Origin: Diadema antillarum
Lineage: Eukaryota
Reading direction: 5' to 3'
Assembly: GCF_040938485.1 (NCBI RefSeq)
Contig: NW_027271016.1
Span: 1,844,436 to 1,908,435, forward strand
Length of the DNA: 64,000 nt
Part shown: piece by piece, positions 24,441-36,445 of the stretch
How positions within the stretch are numbered: position 1 is the stretch's first letter
How the letters are laid out: each line of letters begins with the position of its first letter
The notes under the pieces: model-generated
What the model was told of the DNA's origin: nothing
The model's input: the letters and a program-made list of their open reading frames with translations, nothing else
The model's database searches: none
Program-made: the position numbers and the translations under genes

Positions 24441-24663
24441 CTCAACGGTTTACTGTTAATACTGATAAAAATAATTAATCAAATTTAAGATTACAACATT
24501 TCATTTCTTTGCCAATGTTTATCTTTATATGAAAAGTGAAAGAGAGATAAAGAGAAAAGGTGGAAGGAGAGAAAGATGGTTGGAAGAAGAAGGGAAGGAG
24601 GAAGGAAGAAGAGGTATGCACGGTCTTTCCCGGATGACTTTCACGAACAAGAAGAGTCCTCAC

Positions 24664-24813
24664 CGTATGAAACAGGTGGTGAAAGTTGGGAAGGTTGTCT
24701 CGAGCGGCGTTGAGGGCGCCATGATAACACTTCTCGGCAGACGCATAGGAGAAATGAGACTGCGCAGCCCTGGCGCGTTTCAACAGGCGGCCAATCATCC
24801 CCTCTGTTGATTC
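24664..24813 (-). CDS. PARP4: Putative PARP4 exon (50 codons)
   Basis: Acceptor ctacggacag|GAA and donor ACG|gtgagg. The translation ESTEGMIGRLLKRARAAQSHFSYASAEKCYHGALNAARDNLPNFHHLFHT runs phase 0 to phase 0, consistent with the upstream exon. It lies in the region corresponding to the basic RLSKRKHRKIPFSKRK segment of human PARP4, with weak similarity. Confidence 0.5.
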
Positions 24814-25746
24814 CTGTCCGTAGAAAGCCATCCCATAAGTATCGTATAAAGTTCCAGACGATTCAAAGTGGGTGCAAAGAATACAAAAGTAGTGTAAAAG
24901 CGTCTGTTGTCAACGCCAGTTTACTTTACCATTGATTACACGCAGTTCCAGTTCTGTTTCAGTTTAGTTTATTTCACATTTCTCAAAAATTAACGATACA
25001 TTATGCTTAAATACAAAACATGCACAAAAATACGTCTCACAAAAATATACTCGGAATATTGTACATTGACGGCCATTTTGCTGATGTTGCAGGTGCCAAA
25101 GAGATGAGAGAATAAAAAAATTTAAATCTACGAAAGGCTACAGTTTGTATTGCAGGTTTTCAAGGAAATGTGAGTTGATGCGTAGCAAAATACGTAGGTC
25201 GGAAATGATTTGAAACTGACCAAAAGGAATATTCATAGGAAAAATGCATTACATTGTCATGAATATTCACAAGAAAAGCGGTGTTACATTGTGCCTTGAA
25301 AAAAAAGAATCAATACTGACGTGATACGACGAACTCTCTTCTCGATAATAGAAATGTTCCGATAAAAAAATTACAAAAGTCAAAACCTCTACAATGTGGC
25401 AACTGAGAGCACAATATAGTGTCTGCATCAACATCATTATAAATTTTTGATATTATTCTTTTCTTCCTTATGGTCTTCTCCCCACTGTATACAAACAATA
25501 TAATATTTCCCAGAAAGGAGAAAAGGAAGTATAAGCCGTAGTTTCATGAAACACATTAGTTATTAGTCGGTAGCGATGTAAGCGCTTCATTATTGCAAAC
25601 AGCAACATCGCCAGTTTGCCCCCCCCCCAAAAAAAAAAAAAAAAAAAAATCCCCATCGTCAACAACAGCATCATCACTGCTATCAGTAACCAATTTTTTT
25701 CGTCTTTTTGTCCTCGTCGCAAACGTGGAGTTACCCCCTCACTTAC

Positions 25747-25854
25747 CGCTTGTACATCGGCCACTTCCTGCCAGGGCAGTGACGTTAGGTCATCGCTGCT
25801 GATCATGTGTATTAGCTCAGCAACGTTAGGGGGTTCCCCTCTCTCCTGCTTCTC
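25747..25854 (-). CDS. PARP4: PARP4 exon (36 codons)
   Basis: Acceptor cctccag|GAG and donor GCG|gtaagt. The translation EKQERGEPPNVAELIHMISSDDLTSLPWQEVADVQA aligns to the human segment ENESPFPDIPKVSELIAKEDVDFLPYMSWQGEPQEAV. Confidence 0.7.
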
Positions 25855-26516
25855 CTGGAGGATGCGTGATAACAATCATTGATCGAGGTGAATGGAGGGG
25901 TTACAGTTCGTTATTCCGAAGGTTCGTTCATCCAAAAACGAAATAAAGTTCGTAATTCTGAAGGTTCGTTTACATGCACCTTTTATTTTTCTTCTTTTTT
26001 CCCTGAATTAAGCAACATTTGGAATGAAGGTGCCTTTTTATTTTCGGATTATTGAACCTTCGGCATTAACGAACAGCACCCGAATGAAGAAAGTTAAGTA
26101 AAAAAAAAAAGGAGAGCTATACACAATATGCTTGCATTAGTAAAAGAAGCCTCGTGTGAGTGATGATGACAAAATTGCAATCTTTTGCATCCAATAAAAA
26201 TATACCTAAATGAAAAAAAAAAGAAGTCATGAAAAAGTATCATTTTAATCCAAACGTGTTTATAGGTTTGGGTTGCCACAATTGTCATACACAGAAACTT
26301 TATTTTACTTCATCCACGAAAGAACTTATTTCGGTTGAAATAATGGTATTTCACCATTTGGCATTATTTGAAATTAATGAAATGACAGGACTCTTGTATC
26401 GTCTGTTTTGTTCTAAAAAAAAAATGTTCTCAAAGACTAAAACAGAACTGTATTCATAATCTCTCCAACTTTCAGACATATCGTATACGACTCGTCTAGA
26501 CTGGTGATAAGCTTAC

Positions 26517-26699
26517 ACTGTCTCGCTCCTCGACCGCAACAAAGCTGGTAAAGGGTGTGACTATCGATAGTGCGATACTGAGCTCGGTCAGAAATGGCTT
26601 GAGATCATACATGCGTGTCTCGTGGGCCATGTGATCGCGATCAAAGGATCCGATCTCCCACTCGCGAACGAGGGCTCGGGCTGCTAAACGGTGTATCAT
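26517..26699 (-). CDS. PARP4: PARP4 exon (61 codons, vWA-domain tail)
   Basis: Acceptor taattcag|ATG and donor AGT|gtaagc. The translation MIHRLAARALVREWEIGSFDRDHMAHETRMYDLKPFLTELSIALSIVTPFTSFVAVEERDS aligns to the human segment MIHKLAARALIRDYEDGILHENETSHEMKKQTLKSLIIKLSKENSLITQFTSFVAVEKRDE. Confidence 0.85.
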
Positions 26700-27389
26700 C
26701 TGAATTAATAAAACAAACAAACAAACAAACAAACAAAAAATGATACAAACACCCAGACTGCTTATTTCTAGATTGATAAAAAGCAATGGTCGTCGCATTG
26801 AATAGAATTAAATCAAATTCAATTGAATTGAATTTATTTCTCAAATCTCGCGACAAAACCAAATACAATACATATCAATGGACAAACAATATCAAATCAT
26901 CATAGTACAATTCAAATCATTAAAAAAAAGTGTATAGCTACAAAACTAAATACAATGATGTCAAGGTGGAGCGACAACACACTGTTATCTTTGAGTAAAC
27001 AACGATCCCAAAGCTTAGGTCCGTTAAAAAGTGAAATACATAAGATTATTGTTGTGTTATGATACTCAAATCTATTACCATCCCCTTCCAATATATTCCA
27101 AAATAATTTTGTAAAATATGGTGGATCTATATAAAAGAAATGCTTGTACGAACTATACGGTAGTTGGGGTGAATGCGTTTCATAATCATGAATGCATTGC
27201 TTTACAAGTGTACAGGAAAGTGCACGCGATTTCTTTTTAATAGTACATATAAATGGTATATTGAAAAGGTGTGATTATTCATGAGTAAATAAGGCTTGAT
27301 CTATCCTGTGCAACAAGAGTTAAGCAATCTCGCGAAGGAGTTAAATAATCGTGTATTTAGTATCCAGTTATTTACAGTCAGTTTCTTAC

Positions 27390-27470
27390 CAAACTGTCGT
27401 CGTGGTCGGCAGACGTCGAGCTTATGGTTTCGCTGATAGTTTTCCCGTCCATTTCAGCTGACACGCTCAC
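27390..27470 (-). CDS. PARP4: PARP4 exon (27 codons)
   Basis: Acceptor tcggcag|GTG and donor TTG|gtaaga. The translation VSVSAEMDGKTISETISSTSADHDDSL lies in the position of the human segment LCALIQEKEFRTMVSTTELQKTTGT. Phase is 0 to 0. Confidence 0.65.
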
Positions 27471-28590
27471 CTGCCGAGATTGACAAAAATACAGAGGGCA
27501 AATCTTTCAACAACGACAGATCACAATCATGCCCTCTAAAACTCCTACAAAATCCATTGACCCTCAAAAAGGCAAATAACATTACATTTACAGCCAATAT
27601 TTATATCATATTGTGTCTGACACAATGGTGTTTTACATTCACATCGGAAATCACGTTGCAAAAATGGCCGAGCTGATACACCGAACGCAGCTGGTGCAAT
27701 ACCCTAATATCTGCTGTACCCGATGTTAGATGTTTGCAACATCGTGATAGTTGCACTCTCTTGATTACGAATGGAAACACCACCAAAGCTGCACAAAGAG
27801 CACTCATTAATTAGCCTAGCAGATAAAATACTGAACGCTTATATAGCTCTCTGTTGATTCAAATGACTTAAGCCTAAGCATTAGAACAAAATATTGACAC
27901 ACATAATTCTCATGGTCTGACTAAACCATTCCTACCGGATATCAAAATTGCTAATGCGATGACGATTTGAATATTATCACAAAGTGCAGCACTCAAAAGA
28001 ACACAATAAGACTATTCGAGAAAATCCAGATTGCTGTGATCACCCTTTATCGTATAAATATACAAAATGTATTATTCCCGTGATTCCCGAGCATGCTCTG
28101 CTATTATGGACAGAATTTTGTGGGTTGGATAAAAAGGAAACATGGTTGAAAAAAGGCAATGGCTGTACGAAAAAAAAAAAACATGCTTACATTGTAACTG
28201 CGTTCAACCTCGTTATCCATTATTAACTTTTACCATTTTTAAAAGTACTGTATCTGTCCAAACCAGAACTCCGATTACACATTCTTAAAAGTCAATAAGT
28301 CTACACTACATGTAGTGGTGATGCAGAGGATTACAAGTCTGGATCAAGGTTTTGAGATATTTTATCCTGACTACGTGATTCATAAATGTACCTATGCTTG
28401 GTAGCATCAATATTGGCACTAATGTTTGAATGCTGTAGTCATCAAAGGATATCCAAACATTCTCCGTTCAGGCATCGTCTAGACCAGGGAGGTGAATCTC
28501 TCACCTCCCTGTCTAGACAGAGTTGCGAAAACATTTAAAAAAAAATGATGAGAGGGTATGCTCTGACGTCACAATGGTTATAATAGTTAC

Positions 28591-28803
28591 CTCTTCCGCC
28601 TTTGGTCCTGTCGAGAAAAGAATGACCTTCGACCCCGTGAAGACCGACGACACCTGGGCTGGTATCTGCAACAGCTCTGCCTTTCGCTGTCCCTTTTCTG
28701 CCCCTACTGCACCGCCATCTTGTCCAGCGGATTCCGAAGTCCGCCATTTTGTCTGAACGGAGGTTACGGCCGGTTGTCGGCATCGACGTATCTGTGCAGC
28801 AAC
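28591..28803 (-). CDS. PARP4: PARP4 exon (71 codons)
   Basis: Acceptor accatgaaag|GTT and donor GAG|gtaact. The translation VAAQIRRCRQPAVTSVQTKWRTSESAGQDGGAVGAEKGQRKAELLQIPAQVSSVFTGSKVILFSTGPKAEE aligns to the human segment IEDQMTRLCSPSCHSVSVKWQQLNPDVPEALQAPAQVPSLFLNDRLLVYGFIPHCTQ. Confidence 0.75.
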
Positions 28804-29596
28804 CTTTCATGGTCCCGGAAGCAAAAGCAAAAATCATCTCCCAATAATGAGCTTCTTTATCCAGGACAGCCTTGTAAGAACATTGCATCACTTTGAACTG
28901 AACTTATTTTAACTAAAATTAATTTTCAATTTGAGACAGACACACCAAGGTTAACATTAATGAAAATGTCAAAAAAAGGTATTGTTTTAAAGATTTCACA
29001 CTTTGTGAGATTTGAACCAAGACTGTATTGATAGTCCAGGGTCTTATCCACTGCACTGGGACATGTTTAAACTGCAAAGAATCTCAAGTAGAGTAATTCA
29101 TTTTCTGTCCGGAGCGACAATAATGTGACTGTAGAAATAGTAGAGGTTAGTAAGAGCGACAAAACATCCAAATCAGCTACTATATGGATGTCATTGGCCT
29201 ATAACAACACAATCCCTTATTAGCAGAGTGTTTCTGGTCAGAACGGGGCATCCCAAACCGTATCCACAGATATCAGTAATGCACTCCTCCCCCTATCTGT
29301 TTTCTAGTTGTCATGATAAAGTTACTGTACAGACAAAAAAAAAAGCGTGTTGAATACAAGCACTGGGTCGTTATCGCCAACATGTCATTTATTATCTGAC
29401 TCTTCGCTTACCACAGTCAGTGATGACAGTATCCAGAGGGCCTTGGAAAAAGACCAATGCGTATGCAAATGTTGCAATTTACTGCAGGGGTAAACAGAAT
29501 TCATTCTTATGTGCGTCTTTATTTGTACGTTTCGAAACCAGCATGTAAAAAACAACAACCAAAAAATCATGTTGCTTGCAGTAGTTCTCGCCATAC

Positions 29597-29696
29597 CTTG
29601 CCTTCCCATTTTGACTTGAATTTCCCTTCGAACAAGTCAAAGGCCCCTCCAGTGACGTCTGCTAAGGCACGTAATAGGTGACGATTCCCCGTTGAA
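29597..29696 (-). CDS. PARP4: PARP4 exon (vWA-domain end)
   Basis: Acceptor ctctgttacag|T and donor AAG|gtatgg. The translation (S)STGNRHLLRALADVTGGAFDLFEGKFKSKWEGK aligns to the human segment GSTANRHVLRILSQCGAGVFEYFNAKSKHSWRKQ. Confidence 0.85.
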
Positions 29697-29820
29697 CTGT
29701 AACAGAGGAAGAAAGTGAAACAAAGAGAAAACAGAGTGAACGACTGTAAAGGGGGATGATAGAGATCGAGAGGAAGGGTGGTGGAATTGCTCCGAGAGAA
29801 GGAAAGCAGTGGATCCTCAC

Positions 29821-30091
29821 CTCACGCCAAACGTGAAAATCCTGTTCTCGTGTCGATGTTCGGCAGCGACGAGCAACGTGAACTTCTCGTTCGTCAGATG
29901 ACCGTCCGACACGAGGAAGACGTTACGCGTCCTGTTCTTCGCCGGCGGCAGCAGCGAGAGAGAACGCAGAGGGCGCCACGCTTCCGATCCGCCGCCGCCC
30001 ACAGATGACGAACTCCTTTCTATGAAGTCCACGGCCTCGTCAATCTGGTAGCGATGGTTGCGCATGACGCTCGGGAAAACCTCGGTAAAGT
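29821..30091 (-). CDS. PARP4: PARP4 exon (vWA domain)
   Basis: Acceptor tactttgacag|AC and donor GTGAG|gtgagg. The translation (D)FTEVFPSVMRNHRYQIDEAVDFIERSSSSVGGGGSEAWRPLRSLSLLPPAKNRTRNVFLVSDGHLTNEKFTLLVAAEHRHENRIFTFGV aligns to the human segment ..YLSLLYPARGSRNILLVSDGHLQDESLTLQLVKRSRPHTRLFACGIG. Confidence 0.85.
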
Positions 30092-30509
30092 CTGTCAAAG
30101 TAGGAGACGTGGTAATACAAGATGAATACATTATAGGCCTATATGAATCAACAAGGCAGAGGAATATAAGTTTACCACCTTTGAATCAATGAAAACCTAT
30201 ACCAACTACCAACACATAGTGCTATGTTGGATCTACATATGTACTGAAAATGCCACTGTTATCACTTAACACTTTCAAGTTGCAGCTCACAGAATACTTG
30301 AGTTTGGTACCTAGCTTTAACCAGCCTATTGCTGAGATTCAAACGTATCATTCACAATCATTTGATCACCTTGTTGAAACAAAAGATATCGCTTATCTTT
30401 TTTTAACCGGAAATTTTATCTTTGAGTCTTACAAAATCATTTGTATCTATCTATTAAATCCTTGTCTTTAACACCATGTCGATCACCAGGCAGTGGAATG
30501 AAGACATAC

Positions 30510-30699
30510 CTGTACCGAATGCAATCACATTGAATTGGCTTTGGCTCGGCAACATCTCAAGGATCAGTTTGCTCAGCTTCTTGGCGTCCTCCTTCGGCTG
30601 CCCTTTCATAGACGTGGAACAATCAAGGAGCAGAACTACTTCCGGGTCAACAATGGGCACGAACGTCGGAAACTCGGGATAAAAGACTGCCATGCTGGC
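30510..30699 (-). CDS. PARP4: PARP4 exon (vWA domain MIDAS region)
   Basis: Acceptor tttccacag|GCC and donor ACAG|gtatgt. The translation ASMAVFYPEFPTFVPIVDPEVVLLLDCSTSMKGQPKEDAKKLSKLILEMLPSQSQFNVIAFGT aligns to the human segment ..ESEVIICLDCSSSMEGVTFLQAKQIALHALSLVGEKQKVNIIQFGTG, including the DxSxS metal-site motif. Confidence 0.85.
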
Positions 30700-31260
30700 C
30701 TGTGGAAATAAAACGATCATTATGAAGATAAGCCATTACAATTAACACTTTGATGCAAAGCACTTTCATTCAAGAAGCACTGCTGCCTTTTATTTACGAA
30801 TTATTCGTCAAACACTGTCGTGAGTTTCGGCTTTGAAATTGCTTTATTAGCTAAAACTAATTAACAACTCTAGAGAGAAAATAGGACTATGAACCGCTGA
30901 CGGTTGGCAGGCAAGAAAGGAAAAGAACTGGACTGAGGGATAGAAAGTGCAGGCTTCAGTCCTTGAATTTATCTTAGAACTTAGACGATTCATGTCAAAT
31001 CTCTCGGAAGGAATATTCCCTTTCTGCTTTCTCACACCATTCATCATTGTAACGATCTTTTGAATGCATGTAATGTTTCTCAAAAAGTAATTGATAAAGA
31101 ATATGCTTTCAAGCATTGTTTGGGTTTGTAGGTAAACTACAGTAGGAATCATGCGACTATTATCAGTGATGATGTGCATGAGAATTTTGACACAAAGTTT
31201 GTTATGAGAAGAACCAAAGTTCGCAAATGGATACGATCGAACTCTGGCCAAGGAACTTAC

Positions 31261-31395
31261 GTAAGAATCTCGGTTCGGGTCGTATTCTTGCCACATGCGA
31301 GGCCGGTGCGGATCAGCCACGCCCACAAGTAATTGAAAACCATCGCCTAACTTAACGGAGTCCTGTAGAGTGACAGTTGCTTTGCTCCCTCCAAT
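31261..31395 (-). CDS. PARP4: PARP4 exon (45 codons, between VIT and vWA)
   Basis: Acceptor tttttttcttcag|ATT and donor TAC|gtaagt. The translation IGGSKATVTLQDSVKLGDGFQLLVGVADPHRPRMWQEYDPNRDSY aligns to the human segment EGSSLDSSGFSLHIGLSAAYLPRMWVEKHPEKESEAC. Confidence 0.85.
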
Positions 31396-31789
31396 CTGAA
31401 GAAAAAAATAGATTAGCGGTTAGAATATCACGGCCCTCTTGCATAAAGTCCCTCTTCTAACATTTGAATTAGAACTGCACACCGTAGCAAATAATCATCA
31501 CTACAACCGAAAGGTCGTTCCTGAAATGGATTTCTTAGTCACATCGATTGAAACAACAATAACAGCAGCAGCAGTAGCAGCAGCAACAACAACAACAACT
31601 GCTAAATGTACCCAAATTTATCGAGATGGGATGAGCTTCAGTTTTCCCTTCCCCCATCCCAACCCTCATGGATCAACCGATATCATTGATAGGCCCCGTA
31701 AATGGTCTGAAGTTCACCTGTTTCTCGGTCCAGAGTAATTTGTCTTAATCTGACGTTGCTAACGATAACATCAAGCAATCTTGGTGACG

Positions 31790-31935
31790 AGAGACGTCGT
31801 CAATATCACGAGGAGTAAACAACCATCATTAAAGCCATAGTGACGTCATTAATATCGCCAGGAGTAAACAATCATCATTAAAGCCATAGTGACGTCATCA
31901 AAGAGTAAACAATCATCATTAAAGCCATAGTTTGA
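31790..31935. repeat. ~52-bp tandem repeat x3, each unit carrying a TGACGTCA palindrome
   Basis: The unit ..ggagtaaacaa.catcattaaagccatagtgacgtcat.aa.at.. occurs three times (31795, 31847, 31899). TGACGTCA is the consensus CRE palindrome. Confidence 0.8.
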
Positions 31936-32089
31936 AGTGGAAATGAAGGTGCGAACACGTCGCTTCTAGGGCTGAACATGTTCTAATGACTGATTCCATT
32001 GACGATGTGTCGGGCGAGTCGGCCCTTTGCCACGCATTTCAACATAATAACCCATAATTCACAATTTTTCTGTTCTCGGGTCTGTTTAT

Positions 32090-32092
<3 letters not shown>

Positions 32093-32172
<80 letters not shown>
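32093..32172. repeat. (GT)n microsatellite (~38 units)
   Basis: gtgtgtgt... spanning 80 bp. Confidence 0.95.
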
Positions 32173-32296
32173 GGGGGTGGGGACATACGTAGTGAATGCT
32201 ATGCAGAGTAACCATGCAGGGGCTTGGTTTTGAAAAGAAAGGAAATAACTACATGTATTGTGTTTCGAGTCACGTCTTGATTTCGATTTGGAATAC

Positions 32297-32378
32297 CTTA
32301 GCCTTGATTTGATGTGTTGGCGACTCCAGGCGTTGAATATCCGACGCCATCTTGATACTGAGTTGTAGAGATTCCTTC
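32297..32378 (-). CDS. PARP4: PARP4 small exon (1 nt plus 27 codons)
   Basis: Acceptor ctccaaacgcag|G and donor AAG|gtattc. The translation (R)KESLQLSIKMASDIQRLESPTHQIKAK aligns to the human segment KQSFSLTMSIEMPYVIEFIFSDTHELKQK. Its phase joins VIT exon 33269..33480 (ends in phase 2) to exon 31261..31395 (starts in phase 0). Confidence 0.8.
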
Positions 32379-32929
32379 CTGCGTTTGGAGTTTCGTTATG
32401 AAAATAATTCTAACATGTTACAGGAGTCTCGTTTACCTGGAGCAGTGTCTTCAATGTCACATCGCTACATCTTTACGTCGTTACAACGGTACATCTCCTT
32501 TCCTTAAGCGCCTTGCTATTAAGTGCCTAGACGTTGCCAGATGTCCATTTTTTACAACTGGGTCGAGAGGGGCTTTGGCATAACGTGCTGACTGAGGGCA
32601 CAAGTACGAATAGGATTTTATTAGATAATACTTGGTCTTCTCGTTCCAGTTTCATCATCATGTACATAACTCTAACATATAGATTTTGATTCTAAGGCAT
32701 CACTTTTACTGTATGGAAAAAATGTTAAACATACAAATCATTTTTTTGACAATAATATCAATGACAATAATAACCACGATGATAATCATCATCAATTTAA
32801 TAATTACGATGATTATGATAATAACAATATTACTACTATTACTACTACTACTAGTCTTCTACTACTTGTATTGCTACTGATGATGATGATGATAATTGTT
32901 ATTGTTATTTATTATTATTATTATCATTG

Positions 32930-32966
32930 TTATTATTACAGTATTATTATTACAGTATTATTATTA

Positions 32967-33042
<76 letters not shown>

Positions 33043-33052
33043 AAATCTCATG
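32930..33052. repeat. (ATT)n microsatellite (>35 units)
   Basis: attattattatt... The spurious poly-Ile and poly-Leu ORFs 32871..33142 arise from it. Confidence 0.95.
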
Positions 33053-33268
33053 CTGACCACTCGTGAAACAACAGGCTGTCACTTCTGTAATCATGAGCGA
33101 ATAGATCAAGAAGACAGTTTATTTTATCTTATTTTATCTTAGCACGGAACATGCTTCAGCAAATGGCTGTTCTTCAGCTGGTCCGTGACAGACGTGTGTT
33201 TGCTATTGGTTATGTTCAGAGCTGGAACTTGGCAAGACTGTTCAAGGAATAACGTAAAGTGTATTCAC

Positions 33269-33480
33269 CTCTCATTCTCCCGCCCACTCACTCCGGAAAC
33301 CGCCTGCTGGTCAGCGGTCAGCTGACTGCCTTGGATCTCCTTTCGTATCCACGGGGCCACGCTACCGAGCAGGGAGAAGACCGCGTGATCGTCCTCCGCC
33401 CCGAGCTCGGTGACGTACGTGATCTGGATGACCACGGTGGCGAGGGAGGGCAGGTTGCCGATGCTCACGGAGAAGACGTT
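33269..33480 (-). CDS. PARP4: PARP4 exon (VIT domain, second part)
   Basis: Acceptor tatggacag|AAC and donor GAGAG|gtgaat. The translation NVFSVSIGNLPSLATVVIQITYVTELGAEDDHAVFSLLGSVAPWIRKEIQGSQLTADQQAVSGVSGRENE aligns to the human segment DVFTVSVGNLPPKAKVLIKITYITELSILGTVGVFFMPATVAPWQQDKALNENLQD. Confidence 0.85.
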
Positions 33481-34074
33481 CTGTCCATACAGTGATCGAA
33501 TGAGAGCTTAAATTTACTATTCATCTTATTGTGTGTTCTCAAAACATTACCCCTGGATAGAAGAACGCCACTAGCCTATATACAAAGCAACTTCTATGAA
33601 CATGATGAAGAGAAAATTCTGATAATTTGCACTTTCTCTCTCTCTCCCTCTCGATCTCCCTTCCCCTGTCTTTCTCTCTGTATATGTATGTATAGAGAGG
33701 GAGATAGACAAAAGACTAAAAGACAGGAGTCATTATCATAAACGCAAGAATGGAATTGCAGTATATCATTCAAATATACTATGTGACAATAAATAATTGC
33801 TTTACTTTGTAACATTTCAGAAAGTAGAAAGCAGCGCGCGATGTCAGAATTGCTTTGTGATGTCACAATTATTTTGAGACATCCTTTGACGAATAATGCA
33901 AGATTTGGAAAATGTCGTCATAAACGGTGACGTCATTTTGCAAAAATGGCATACCATGGGGTGCCAAACAGGCCAACATTCTGAAATAGTTTAAATCCAT
34001 ATAATTGCTTAAAGCTCTGTCAACTAATCACGACAGCATTGATTTTCATCCAAAATATTATCAACAATACTAAC

Positions 34075-34275
34075 CGACGCTTCCTCTTGCATCAAGTAAG
34101 CCCCATGACCAGCTCGGACTGCAGCCTGGAATTCCTCTTTTGCCCGTTCTTTGGTCTTCACCTGACCGATCACGTGTTTCCCGTTAATGTAAGCTTCGAA
34201 GCCGCAGACGGCCGCCCGGTCGTCGAGCGGGAACACGTAACGGGCTTCCGAAACGTCACCGTCGGACTTCGTGCT
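34075..34275 (-). CDS. PARP4: PARP4 exon (VIT domain, first part; 67 codons)
   Basis: Acceptor gtgtaccag|AGC and donor TCG|gttagt. The translation STKSDGDVSEARYVFPLDDRAAVCGFEAYINGKHVIGQVKTKERAKEEFQAAVRAGHGAYLMQEEAS aligns to the human segment ..AKYIFPLDDKAAVCGFEAFINGKHIVGEIKEKEEAQQEYLEAVTQGHGAYLMSQDA. Confidence 0.9.
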
Positions 34276-34594
34276 CTGGTACACTTGTAAGACTGTTATC
34301 TGTAGCCGGACAAGGGGGAAATGACAATATCTCTTAGCCTACACACTGAACTGCTCTCGCATTGCTGCCACTTGTCAATTCGATACAATACATTATTGGT
34401 AATGCTGACTAGACGCACGTGCCTTTCTTATAAACAGATGATTAGGATACGGTTATTTTTCTCTCTCTTCTTCTTCTTCTTCCTCCTCCTCCTCCTCCTT
34501 CTCATTCTTTTTCTTCTCTTTATCTTCCTTTCGCGTTTTTGTTATTCTCCTTTATTTTTTCTTTCCTTCTTCTATCTCATCATCCTGGGTATAC

Positions 34595-34728
34595 CTTGGC
34601 CGCAAGATCAGTTATGTGTCCACGAATGTGAACTTCTCGCAGGTCTACGCACTCTCGTCCATTAGCCGCTACGAGTCCGGCGTCTATTTGGCTGACGGGG
34701 TCCCTGCAGCCTTGTACGTCCAGGAGAT
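34595..34728 (-). CDS. PARP4: PARP4 exon (linker between catalytic and VIT domains)
   Basis: Acceptor ttactttccag|AT and donor AAG|gtatac. The translation (D)LLDVQGCRDPVSQIDAGLVAANGRECVDLREVHIRGHITDLAAK aligns to the human segment ..GLQDASGNLVPLEDVHIKGRIIDTVAQV. It starts in phase 1, joining exon 35607..35754. Confidence 0.8.
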
Positions 34729-35199
34729 CTGGAAAGTAATGAAAGACATTGAATGTTTTAGTTGTCCACCTTCTACTTTTTCCTCCTCGGATCTTTTCTC
34801 TCATTCTCTCTTTCTCTGATCCCTTCAATCAGAGAGAAAATAACATTTATTAGGAATGTGTTATGATGTGTATTTCGTGTTGATAGCCAGTGAATTTATA
34901 CAATTATCGTTACTTTCTCATTCCCCCATTTCCGCGAAATTTTCATCTTCATCTTCTTCTCAGTTTCATCATTGTCTCCTCATTACCTGTTGCTTTTGCG
35001 TGTTGTGTTTTTCCAAACTTTTCCTCTTCAGACCGTGTACAAAGGGTAGGTTTTATTTCAGTTTTACTCATCAGCATAATGGTATGATACATGAGAAGGC
35101 AAGGAGTGCGAGCAAGTGTATTCATGTGTATAATATGCGTATATGGATAAGCTCGTGTGTGCTTGTGTATGTTTGTATGCACAAGTGGTGTGTGTATGT

Positions 35200-35255
35200 A
35201 CGTGTGTGTGTGTGTGTGTGTGTGTGCGTGTGTGCGTGTGTGTGCGTGTGTATTC
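35200..35255. repeat. (GT)n microsatellite with GC interruptions
   Basis: gtgtgtgtgtgtgtgtgtgtgtgcgtgtgtgcgtgtgtgtgcgtgtgt. Confidence 0.9.
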
Positions 35256-35486
35256 GTAAATGCAAGTTGGTGAGTTCTTTATAGTTGGAACAATGTATTT
35301 ATATGTGTTCAATGGATATGAATTTCTAATTGTTGTGAAACTCACGTAAACTCACATACAATTCAACCTCTTGTTGCCACGCATGATTAATACAGATCAT
35401 TATATTTATTTATCTATCTATTTCTTCACCTTCCTTTTGTTTTTTCCTTCTTCTCTACCTCCTCTTCCTCCTCCTCATCCTCCTTC

Positions 35487-35500
35487 CCATCATCATCATC

Positions 35501-35532
<32 letters not shown>

Positions 35533-35550
35533 CATCATCATCTATCATCA
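35487..35550. repeat. (CAT)n microsatellite
   Basis: catcatcatcatcatcatcatcaccatcatcatcat... The spurious poly-His ORF 35371..35814 arises from it. Confidence 0.9.
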
Positions 35551-35606
35551 TCATCAGTATATTCATATCTAATCTCAGCAACATTTGAAAGCTTAGTGCA
35601 ACATAC

Positions 35607-35754
35607 CAATCTTCTCGTACGGTTCTTCATCTTCCACGTCATCTTCTTCTTGAAAGTCGAAACCGTCCACCATATCATCGTCCCCTTCGATGCTGAACTC
35701 GACGAGATATCGGATGCACTGCTGCCCGGTGGAATACACAACGTACTCGTCCTC
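35607..35754 (-). CDS. PARP4: PARP4 exon (end of PARP catalytic domain)
   Basis: Acceptor ccgttctttgcag|GAG and donor ATTG|gtatgt. The translation EDEYVVYSTGQQCIRYLVEFSIEGDDDMVDGFDFQEEDDVEDEEPYEKI aligns to the human segment EDDEFVVYKTNQVKMKYIIKFSMPGDQIKDFHPSDHTELEEYRPEF. Confidence 0.85.
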
Positions 35755-36260
35755 CTGCAAAGAACGGGAAAAAAATCCGTATACATGGTAAAAGCGATAT
35801 TTTCCCGTTTGTAGTGCACTTGCAAATATGCAGTACAGACGACTCTGAGACAGTATGGGTAATGGAAGTCTGTTATCATACTTTGTAGTTGTATTGTTCC
35901 TTTGGCATGACTTTAATGTTGCCTGCTTTGAATTTGGGTAACATGATATCTGCCCCTGTATGATAGCAGTGGGTTCAAATTCAAGTATAGATATATCAAT
36001 GTATTACAGTATTCGGGATCGTAGCATAGAAAATGGCGTACACATAAATACTTCACTAGTTGGTACTTTGCATGTTCAGTATATTCACTCATTTATCATG
36101 CACTGATGTAGGCTCTACAATGTATGCATGATATATTATGCATGTATGTGTGTGTGTATGTATACATGTATTTCGATCAATTCATGTTCGTCACCACATT
36201 GTAAATGCCTTTCCGATAAATAGCATTAGAACGTGAGAAATCATTCTAAAACTATTTTTA

Positions 36261-36445
36261 CTGTAAATTCTGAAGGTCTATCCACTGCCGCCCGCACTCC
36301 ATGCGTGCTGTTGTATCCCTCCGGAGCTTCTTTCAATGTCATGTCCACTTCATAGCAGTCTTTGACGGATCCTAGCGCCACTTTGTTGACGAACATCATC
36401 CGAGTTCTCGAGAAGTAGCCATTTTTGCAGTACTGGATGCAAGTG
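36261..36445 (-). CDS. PARP4: PARP4 exon (PARP catalytic domain)
   Basis: Acceptor ttccttgtag|C and donor ACA|gtaaaa. The translation (S)TCIQYCKNGYFSRTRMMFVNKVALGSVKDCYEVDMTLKEAPEGYNSTHGVRAAVDRPSEFT aligns to the human segment TSIKYSHPGETDGTRLLLICDVALGKCMDLHEKDFSLTEAPPGYDSVHGVSQTASVTTDF. Confidence 0.85.

Noticed and set aside
32686-33142. ORFs encoding poly-Ile, poly-Leu and poly-Tyr
   Set aside because: Translation of the (ATT)n and neighbouring A/T-rich microsatellites.
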